NCBI RefSeq assembly: GCF_003231495.1
Contig: NZ_PQWO01000004.1
Span: 120,001 to 152,000, forward strand
DNA: 32,000 nucleotides
Direction: 5' to 3'
DNA from: Acaryochloris thomasi RCC1774
GTDB taxonomy: Bacteria; Cyanobacteriota; Cyanobacteriia; Thermosynechococcales; Thermosynechococcaceae
Shown here one piece after another: positions 18,142 to 25,122 of the stretch (the stretch's first letter is position 1; every line of letters begins with the position of its first letter). A model generated the notes under the pieces. It was not told where the DNA came from. It searched no databases and worked only from the letters and a program-made list of their open reading frames with translations. Position numbers and translations under genes: made by a program.

Positions 18142-18233
18142 TTCTAACAAGCCCATGCAAGGGACGCTCCGCAATAAGTGGCTGCTGGGTACTTTAGATC
18201 CTGTTCGCGCCCCTGGTGGCTGAGCAGTTGGCC
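18142..18233 (+). other. attC site 2 (terminal, more degenerate)
   Basis: It has the same length as attC1 and shares the blocks TCTAACAA, ATGCAA, GGACGCTC, CTTTA and TCGCGCCCCTG. It ends with GTTGGCC. Confidence 0.65.
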
Positions 18234-18293
18234 CATTGCTATTATCGCTAGGTATTAAGAAAGCTGATAGATACCAGGCCACAACCTATCTAT

Positions 18294-19757
18294 TTACCGG
18301 CGCTGCGAAATACTGAGGGCTAGAACATAGACATAGCCACTCCAAAACAGCGCCAAAAACGGAATTGATAGAAAATGCTGGTTGTTGAGGGCCACCCCAA
18401 TCGTAATTGTTAGATAAACAGCCATAAACAGCTCAAGATATGGAAGCAGATTTCTTGCGGCCCGGTATTTCTTGGTTTTCCAGCTTTCTTGGCGACTGAC
18501 AACCCCGTGCTTTGGAGTGCGGATAAAATCAACACCACCCCCAAACAAACCTGCACAGACTGCTAGAGACTGATTAATACTTAGCCCAATCCCCACACTC
18601 ATGAGCAGAACGATGTTGTGAACTAGCTTCCACAGCGGTAGCTTAAGAGGTTGCTCACGCGTAGAAACGAAGTAGAAGCACAAAACACTCAACGTCGTGA
18701 TCAAAAATAGAGGCAGATGAATGAATACTCCATGCTGCCAAGGTGCCTGCGTTAGGTAGATCTGATAGGGCAGAGACAGCAGTAGCAACGCCATCAACAG
18801 CAAATAGTTAAAGTTATTCGTTAAATGCAGAAACGCCTCCCCTTTGACGCTGAGCGGTGCATTGGATTTGAGAATCGGCAGCAACAGCTTCTTCATTACC
18901 TGACTGGCCCCTTTTGCCCACCGAAACTGCTGAGCTTTGAAGGAATTCATCTCCATCGGTAGTTCCGCCGGTACGATCATCTCCGGTAAATAAATGCACC
19001 TCCAGCCCTTAAGCTGCGCTCGATAGGATAGATCTAAATCCTCTGTCACCGTGTTGTGCTGCCATCCACCGGCATCGGCAATGGCCTCAGTCCTCCAGAT
19101 ACCAGCGGTGCCGTTGAAATTGAAAAAGCATCCCGAACGGTTGCGAGCCGTTTGCTCGGTCACGAAATGCCCATCCAGCATCAGGGACTGCACTTCAGTC
19201 AATCTAGAATAGTGACGATTGATGTGTCCCCATCGGGCCTGCACCATCCCCAACTGAGGATCTGAAAAGTAATGCACCATTTTGAGCAGCGTGTCAGGTG
19301 CCGGGACAAAATCAGCGTCAAAAATCATCACCAGCTCCCCAGATGCTGACTGGAGGCCATGTTCTAATGCACCCGCTTTGAAGCCCGTCCGATTGTGGCG
19401 ATGAATGTAGTGAATATTTAGATCTCGTGTTTGCAGCTCTTCGACCTTGGAGCGGCACAGGGTTTGCGTTTCGTCCAGAGAGTCATCGAGAACCTGAATT
19501 TCTAGTTTTTCCCGAGGGTAATGAATGTGGGCAATGGCTTCTAGCAGGCGGTCAACGACATTGATTTCATTAAAGATGGGTAATTGAATCGTGACCGACG
19601 GCAGTTCCCAATCAGAATAGTAAGACTGAGGCTGAGGAACATTGTCTCTATATTTATAGAAGCGCCAAACAATCGAGACTTTGTGGAGGCTGTATAGCCC
19701 GATAATGATTAAAAGACCCAGATAGATTTTATAGATATTTTCTGATAGCGCGCTCAT
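18294..19757 (-). CDS. family 2 glycosyltransferase, processive beta-glycan synthase type (CslA/cellulose-synthase-like)
   Basis: Motifs VLDDS, FDADF (DxD), TEDLDLSYR (TED) and QQFRWAKG (QxxRW). One N-terminal and several C-terminal transmembrane helices. Confidence 0.85.
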   Translation of the reverse strand: MSALSENIYKIYLGLLIIIGLYSLHKVSIVWRFYKYRDNVPQPQSYYSDWELPSVTIQLPIFNEINVVDRLLEAIAHIHYPREKLEIQVLDDSLDETQTLCRSKVEELQTRDLNIHYIHRHNRTGFKAGALEHGLQSASGELVMIFDADFVPAPDTLLKMVHYFSDPQLGMVQARWGHINRHYSRLTEVQSLMLDGHFVTEQTARNRSGCFFNFNGTAGIWRTEAIADAGGWQHNTVTEDLDLSYRAQLKGWRCIYLPEMIVPAELPMEMNSFKAQQFRWAKGASQVMKKLLLPILKSNAPLSVKGEAFLHLTNNFNYLLLMALLLLSLPYQIYLTQAPWQHGVFIHLPLFLITTLSVLCFYFVSTREQPLKLPLWKLVHNIVLLMSVGIGLSINQSLAVCAGLFGGGVDFIRTPKHGVVSRQESWKTKKYRAARNLLPYLELFMAVYLTITIGVALNNQHFLSIPFLALFWSGYVYVLALSISQRR

Positions 19758-19974
19758 TAAGTAAGGTCCTGTAAGGTGATTGATCGGTCCGATCTATAGG
19801 GCACGAAGCGCTGCGACAGTGGCCGAAACACATTACTGTTCGTTGGTGAACCTCACGAGCGATACCTCTGACTTCTTCTTGTCTAGGGAAAAGATCCACA
19901 ATCTATCCAAAACCTGACTCAATCTACCGCATTTTTAGTTCTTTGAACGGCTTTCATTCGTCATCTGTCCCATT

Positions 19975-20296
19975 ACTCAAAGTTGAGGTCGTCAAGGACT
20001 CTCTTTCCGTGACTCAACAAGACCTCATTTTGTTGCCAAGAGATGCAGCCAATTTCTGATGTCAGAGTCCTGACTTCCTGGTTGACTGAAAAAAGTTGAA
20101 GCTGGCGAATAAAATTCGCGCCTATAAGAACGAAGTCAATCATCCCTTCTCCAAGTGGGACAGCATTTTCAGTGATTCAATGGTGACAGTGGCTGCGGTA
20201 GATTGCCTTGTCCATCATGCCCTCATTACTGAAATCAAGGCTGAGAGTTATAGAAAGCAGGCGACTGCAAACTGCGCTAAAACCAAGTCATCGTAA
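19975..20296 (+). pseudogene. IS21-family IstB (ATP-binding helper) C-terminal remnant
   Basis: ...NHPFSKWDSIFSDSMVTVAAVDCLVHHALITEIKAESYRKQ matches the IstB C-terminus pattern (F-x-x-W...D-R-L-x-H-H...SYR). Upstream DLILL (the DLLILDE region) is interrupted by stops and deletions. There is no Walker A motif and no istA. Confidence 0.65.
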
Positions 20297-20407
20297 TGCT
20301 ACTGGAACCCCAAATCCAATCTAAATGCTACCAAACAGAAAGAATTCAAGAGAATCCTCGCAGGTAATTTCGGCTACGGAATATCTAGCAGTGGTGACTA
20401 GGACTGA

Positions 20408-20884
20408 CTATGCTGGGCAATTCAGTGCCTTTCGAAAAATAATCTTATCGTCTCCAGCCTTGTAATAGTCACGAATCCTTGCTTCTTCGTCATATCCGTT
20501 TTTACGGTAAAAAGAGCGTGTCTGCTCAAAGCTATCTACGCCTGAAGTTTCCACTAACAGCAATCGTTCGCCGCGTTCTTTTAAGACTTCTTCCACATGA
20601 CGAATGAGTGCAGTGCCACGTCCTTTACCTTGCTCACTCGGGAGGATGCCGATGAAGTACAGATTCCATACGCCTTCAGAAAATGGCTCCGGTGCGTAGT
20701 AGGCAGCTCCGACAAGTCCATTTTCGTCATCGGTGATCCAAAAATTTTCACTTTCTCCTTGACTACCGAGATGCTCGCTCATCATCTCACCAAATCCATC
20801 AAGCTCTTGCGGCGAGAATAGCCCGGTCGCTTCGGCTATTGCCAGAAGGCTTACCTTGTCTTCAGTTATTGCATTTCGAATCAT
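20408..20884 (-). CDS. GNAT family N-acetyltransferase
   Basis: Acetyl-CoA-binding motif ILPSEQGKGRGTALIRHVEE, then ...RSFYRKNGY. Confidence 0.85.
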   Translation of the reverse strand: MIRNAITEDKVSLLAIAEATGLFSPQELDGFGEMMSEHLGSQGESENFWITDDENGLVGAAYYAPEPFSEGVWNLYFIGILPSEQGKGRGTALIRHVEEVLKERGERLLLVETSGVDSFEQTRSFYRKNGYDEEARIRDYYKAGDDKIIFRKALNCPA

Positions 20885-20910
20885 AGCAAAGCTTTCATGC
20901 TGAATTTATT

Positions 20911-20957
20911 TATATGCGCCAAGCATATACAAGGCGTTCATGTGCGTCAAGCATATA
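20911..20957. promoter_or_regulatory. two tandem inverted-repeat boxes, candidate MarR operators
   Basis: TATATGC-GCCAA-GCATATA (20911-20929, perfect 7-bp arms) and CATGTGC-GTCAA-GCATATA (20939-20957). They lie in the divergent GNAT/MarR intergenic region. Confidence 0.55.
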
Positions 20958-21008
20958 ATATTCTTCTGAATCTCAATTTCCCAATACAACGCATCTCTTC
21001 ATAGAACT

Positions 21009-21527
21009 ATGACTAAGGAAAAAATTGAGAACGTCTTTGGGGCGTTATCCCTCGCTTTGGCAGACGATCTTCTTCAAGTAACACAGAATCATGTCCCTTC
21101 GTCATCACCTGCCGCTGCGATATCACTTGTTGGTCACATGCCAGGGATGAGTATCAATCAACTATGTGGAGCGCTAAGACTATCTCACTCCGGAGCTGTT
21201 CGACTCGTTGACAGGCTTGTTCGACATGACCTTCTCTGTCGGGGACAGTCCGCAACGGATGGTCGTACAATCTCCCTTACCCTGACACAGGCAGGAAAAG
21301 TCAAATGTCAACAGATTCTCTCGTCTCGTCAAAACTTGCTTGCCTGTGCGCTTGATAGTCTAAATCCTTCTGAGCGAGAAACATTGGGTCGTCTTGCTGA
21401 AAAGATGCTGCGCAACATCCTGAAAGGAGAAGAACATGCCTACAAGATTTGTCGGCTTTGTGATCCTTTTATCTGCACTGATTGCCCTGTAGAGAATGAG
21501 ATCATGGAGCGCGAAACAACTGTCTAA
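21009..21527 (+). CDS. MarR family transcriptional regulator with a C-terminal Cys cluster
   Basis: Winged-HTH core MSINQLCGALRLSHSGAVRLVDRLVRHDLLCRGQSATDGRTISLTLTQAG. The C-terminus is CRLCDPFICTDCPV (CxxC-x4-CxxC). Confidence 0.8.
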   Translation: MTKEKIENVFGALSLALADDLLQVTQNHVPSSSPAAAISLVGHMPGMSINQLCGALRLSHSGAVRLVDRLVRHDLLCRGQSATDGRTISLTLTQAGKVKCQQILSSRQNLLACALDSLNPSERETLGRLAEKMLRNILKGEEHAYKICRLCDPFICTDCPVENEIMERETTV

Positions 21528-21679
21528 ATCCACGCTGGCAGCGGAGGTGCGATCGCATCTGTCCCAAGGACCGTTACAGATACTCGACTACTTGATCAAG
21601 GGGCAAGACTCAGACCCATGCTCAAGACGCTGGGGACGCTCAGCAAACGCGGTCTGATTGCCCTTTAGCAGAGGCCCAA

Positions 21680-21913
21680 AATTATATTGGGACGCTACTG
21701 GAGCTGTGTCAGGCGATGGGGTGAGAGCCACCCATTTTTGAATTTGAGGCGCAGGAATCTGGGTTCTCTTGTCTCTGTAGGTTGGGCTACGAGGGGCATG
21801 AGGTGGAGGGGTTTGCGATCGCAACCCAAAAAAAGCAAGCCAAGCAACAAGCCGCAATGAAAGTCCTGAGCGCGCTGGAAGTTGATGATGTTTCTGCCGT
21901 TAGGGGCAAATAA
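21680..21913 (+). pseudogene. double-stranded RNA-binding domain (dsRBD) remnant with a premature TGA
   Basis: NYIGTLLELCQAMG*EPPIFEFEAQESGFSCLCRLGYEGHEVEGFAIATQKKQAKQQAAMKVLSAL follows the dsRBD alpha-beta-beta-beta-alpha pattern. The TGA at 21722-21724 sits where Trp (GW) is expected. No start codon is in frame. Confidence 0.65.
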
Positions 21914-22373
21914 ATTCACCCCAAACCGGATTTGCATCTTCCCCAGCCTCAATACACTTGAAGGGAAAGACTTCGCCGCTTTCTCGCTTACCGTAGACTT
22001 CAGACCAGTCTGATTGATTTAGGCCAAAGACAACCTCGCCAATGTGAGTACAGTTGTTCAGAATATTACTCGCTAGGCTGTTCATAAACACGGGTGAATT
22101 GAGTAGATTCTCGCCACCACCGCCGCTGATCAAGAACAGAAAGGAGTGCGTGAAAGCAACCGGACGACTCGTATCAAGATCGCGGTACAGACGAGAACCC
22201 GATTCCACTAGCTTGAGGCCCTGAATTGCCTGAACGCGATTACTTGACCCATCAATTTCAGTTTCACAAACGGAGGGTTCTTCATCCAAAGGCGCACCTG
22301 TTTGGGCAAGGCTAGGCATGCAAAATAGGATGCTCAGCAGTAGAGTTATCGGGAACCTTAGCATTGACTTCAC
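21900..22373 (-). CDS. hypothetical secreted protein
   Basis: Signal peptide MKSMLRFPITLLLSILFCMPSLAQ. The mature part holds 5 Cys (the signal peptide has one more). I recognise no family. Confidence 0.6.
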   Translation of the reverse strand: MKSMLRFPITLLLSILFCMPSLAQTGAPLDEEPSVCETEIDGSSNRVQAIQGLKLVESGSRLYRDLDTSRPVAFTHSFLFLISGGGGENLLNSPVFMNSLASNILNNCTHIGEVVFGLNQSDWSEVYGKRESGEVFPFKCIEAGEDANPVWGEFICP

Positions 22374-22464
22374 TCCACAAATACAGCCTTCTTACTAGAC
22401 TATCCGCCGTCTGTTAAATAGCCCGATTTCTTAGCAATATAGAAACACTTTTACCTTAAAGACG

Positions 22465-23544
22465 CTAAAGCTGCAAAGAAAGCTGTTGGGGGCCATTTTG
22501 AGCAGAACTGAGGTTAGAGACAGTCAGGCCCAGTAATCTGACGGATTGCTCCGGATCAAGATGGGTGCGCAGCAGTTCATGGGCTAGCTGCCGGATCGCC
22601 TCAATGTCGTCTAGTGGTTCGCTCAACGTTCGACTGCGGGTAATTTGTTGGTAGCTGGCGTATTTAATCTTCAGCGTCAAAGTTGTGCCGGAGCGCTGAT
22701 TTTCCGCCAGCCGCTGCTGGAGAAGAGTTGCGATCGCATCCAACTCCCGCACCATCTGTTCTGGTTCGGTTAGGTCAGTCAGAAAACTCCGCTCCGCCCC
22801 AATCGATCGGCGAATCCGGTTCGGATTGACTGCTCGCTGATCGTCCGCTCTTGCAATCCGGTAATAGTAGTGCCCCACCTTACCGAACTGAGCCACAAGA
22901 TTGGCCTCAGACCATCGCAGCAGATCTTGGCCAGACTGAATCCCCAGCTCGTGCATCTTGCCCGCCGTCACCTTGCCAATGCCGTGAAACTTTGCAATCG
23001 GGAGGTCGCTCACAAAAGCCTGCGCCTGATCGGGCGGAATCAAAGATAGGCCATCCGGCTTATCTAAATCAGAGGCCATCTTTGCCAGGAATTTATTAAT
23101 TGAGACTCCAGCAGATGCCGTGAGCTGAGTCTGAGAATAAATACGCCGCTTGATCCGGTGGGCAATCTCTATCGCCGATCGGATCTCAAGCTTATTGGTG
23201 GTCACATCCAAATAGGCCTCGTCCAAAGAGACGGGTTCCACAAGGTCTGTATATTCTCTAAAAATGGCTCGGATTTGTCCTGAAACCTGACGGTAAACCT
23301 CGAATCTAGGACGGACAAACATTAAATCCTTGCATCGTAAAGCTGCCGTTCGAGAAGGCATCGCCGAGTGAATGCCGTAGCGCCTTGCCTCATAACTCGC
23401 GGCAGCAACTGCACCTCTTTGCTCCGGTCGTCCCCCCACGACAACCGGTTTGCCCCGCAGGGCTACATTGTCCCGTTGTTCAACGGAGGCGAAGAACGCA
23501 TCCATATCGATGTGCAGGATTTTTCGGAGCGTCATTGCCGTCAA
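22465..23544 (-). CDS. dinB: DNA polymerase IV
   Basis: ILHIDMDAFFASVEQRDN, SLDEAYLDVT and GIGKVTAGKM are the Y-family polymerase motifs. The Met at 23535 is a possible alternative start. Confidence 0.92.
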   Translation of the reverse strand: MTAMTLRKILHIDMDAFFASVEQRDNVALRGKPVVVGGRPEQRGAVAAASYEARRYGIHSAMPSRTAALRCKDLMFVRPRFEVYRQVSGQIRAIFREYTDLVEPVSLDEAYLDVTTNKLEIRSAIEIAHRIKRRIYSQTQLTASAGVSINKFLAKMASDLDKPDGLSLIPPDQAQAFVSDLPIAKFHGIGKVTAGKMHELGIQSGQDLLRWSEANLVAQFGKVGHYYYRIARADDQRAVNPNRIRRSIGAERSFLTDLTEPEQMVRELDAIATLLQQRLAENQRSGTTLTLKIKYASYQQITRSRTLSEPLDDIEAIRQLAHELLRTHLDPEQSVRLLGLTVSNLSSAQNGPQQLSLQL

Positions 23545-23547
23545 CTA

Positions 23548-23561
23548 AGTACTTTTGTACT
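23548..23561. promoter_or_regulatory. LexA-box-like palindrome (cyanobacterial type)
   Basis: AGTACTTTTGTACT fits every position of the RGTACNNNDGTWCB consensus reported for Anabaena LexA. It lies in the 72-bp dinB/photolyase intergenic region, next to a TATAAA hexamer at 23565-23570. Confidence 0.6.
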
Positions 23562-23616
23562 ATGTATAAAATATCATGATTTTTGCGCTTCAGTAGTCGC
23601 TGTTTTGAGGTCCAGT

Positions 23617-25026
23617 ATGGCCCCCACCGTTATTGTCTGGTTTCGACGTGATTTGCGCTTGAGCGATCATCCCGCGCTGGCACAGGCGGTGGCTGAGCAA
23701 GCCCAGATTGTGCCGCTGTTTATTTTTGATCCTTACTTGCTGCAGCATCCTGAAACAGGCTCGGGGCGCGTTCAGTTTTTGCTGGACTGCTTAGACAGTC
23801 TGCAAAAGAATCTGGACTATCTCGGTTCTACTTTGGTGCGACGGTATGGTGATCAGCGGCAGGTGCTTGCTCAAGTCGCAGCAGAGTTCAAGGCGGATGC
23901 CGTGTACTGGAATGATGACAGTGAACGACTGTGGCGCACCGAAACGGATTGTTCTGTCACAGATTCCTTAAAGAATCTGGGCGTTAGGGTGCAGGTGTTT
24001 CGATCTGAAGCGCTGTTGCCCGCTGGCGGGAAGCAGACCTATGCGCTGAAAACTTTTACACCCCAGTGGTATCAGTTCTTGAGTGAGCCAGTTGCGCCCA
24101 GACCCCAGATTTTGCCGCCTGTTGCGGTGAAAGGAATGGACGAGTTGCGATCGCTTCAGGATCTAGATTTACCCAAATCCGATCAACGCATTCCCACAGC
24201 GGGCGAACGGGAAGCCCATCGGTTGCTCTCTGAATTTATCCACCACAAAGCACCCGACTATCTCAAGAGCCTGAGCGTTGCCACACAGGCCAGTCAGAAA
24301 ACCAGTCGGCTCAGCCCCCACCTCAAATTCGGGACGATGTCTGCCCGGACTATTTATCAACAGGTGCGGCAATATCGACCCGCCGCCACAAAATGGGAAA
24401 AGCGCAACCTAGACGGTTTTATTAGTCGGCTATTTTGGCGTGATCACTTTGCTCAAAAGCTACGCAACCTCCCCCGCTGTGAAACCGAGTCTTACCTAGA
24501 GGCATTCGATCAGGTGTCCTGGAGTCAGAATGAAGATCATTACCAAGCTTGGTGTGAGGGCAAAACGGGTTACCCGCTGGTGGATGCTGCCATGCGCTGC
24601 CTCAATGCAACCGGCTGGATTCCGTTTCGGCTCAGGGCCCTGTGCGCCACCTTTCTGTGCATCGATCTTTTTCTGCCTTGGCAGTGGGGCGCGAATCACT
24701 ACATGAACAAACTTATTGATGCCGACGTCGCCATTGATCACTGGCAGTGGCAAAGTCATGCAGGCGTCAGCAATCGAGGACGGTCTTGGTTTCGAGTGTA
24801 TAACCCCAATAAAGGCATCTCCAAGATTGATCCGCAGGGCAGCTTTATCCATCAGTGGGTGCCTGAATTAGCAGACATACCCGTGGCAGGATTCAGTACG
24901 CCCCAGCTATACGGCAGAGACTACTATCAGCCCCTTGTTGAGCATGACGAAGCTCGACGGCAGGCTTTGGCTGTTCTAGAGCCAATCAAACGTCAGCAAA
25001 AGCGAAAGAAGAAAAGCGCAGCATAG
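23617..25026 (+). CDS. cryptochrome/photolyase family protein (deoxyribodipyrimidine photolyase-like)
   Basis: The N-terminus is VIVWFRRDLRLSDHPALAQAV. The FAD-binding C-terminal domain is GYPLVDAAMRCLNATGW...DHWQWQSHAG. The longest ORF (from 23368) overlaps dinB, so the ATG at 23617 is preferred. Confidence 0.85.
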   Translation: MAPTVIVWFRRDLRLSDHPALAQAVAEQAQIVPLFIFDPYLLQHPETGSGRVQFLLDCLDSLQKNLDYLGSTLVRRYGDQRQVLAQVAAEFKADAVYWNDDSERLWRTETDCSVTDSLKNLGVRVQVFRSEALLPAGGKQTYALKTFTPQWYQFLSEPVAPRPQILPPVAVKGMDELRSLQDLDLPKSDQRIPTAGEREAHRLLSEFIHHKAPDYLKSLSVATQASQKTSRLSPHLKFGTMSARTIYQQVRQYRPAATKWEKRNLDGFISRLFWRDHFAQKLRNLPRCETESYLEAFDQVSWSQNEDHYQAWCEGKTGYPLVDAAMRCLNATGWIPFRLRALCATFLCIDLFLPWQWGANHYMNKLIDADVAIDHWQWQSHAGVSNRGRSWFRVYNPNKGISKIDPQGSFIHQWVPELADIPVAGFSTPQLYGRDYYQPLVEHDEARRQALAVLEPIKRQQKRKKKSAA

Positions 25027-25122
25027 CTTTCGCTTTTGAGGTTAGAGATCTCGACTTCAGGTCACTGCCCCCTGCCGCTAGCATGAGAAAGAACAGAGAC
25101 CTGTGAGCGGAGAGGCCCCATC

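Larger units (their letters stand above)
15326..18233. mobile_element. integron: intI, attI and two attC-bounded cassettes
   Basis: An IntI-type recombinase is divergent from a plus-strand ORF array punctuated by two related 92-bp attC-like sites. The component features are listed separately. Confidence 0.8.

Noticed and set aside
18070-18282. 70-aa minus-strand ORF
   Set aside because: It lies across attC site 2 and the cassette end, it has no RBS, and its sequence is explained by the structured recombination site.
19758-19975. Possible c-di-GMP or other riboswitch in the long leader of the GT2 synthase gene
   Set aside because: I saw no GEMM-like conserved motifs or convincing nested helices by eye. 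The long gap is at least partly explained by the adjacent IstB remnant.
21588-21952. Two overlapping minus-strand ORFs (89 and 85 aa)
   Set aside because: Their translations are Pro/Arg-rich and mutually overlapping. The opposite strand carries a recognisable dsRBD remnant, which explains the open frames better.
23368-23616. N-terminal extension of the photolyase ORF (start at 23368)
   Set aside because: It would overlap dinB by 177 nt and read through the intergenic promoter and LexA-box region. The conserved photolyase N-terminus (VIVWFRRDLRL) begins right after the ATG at 23617.
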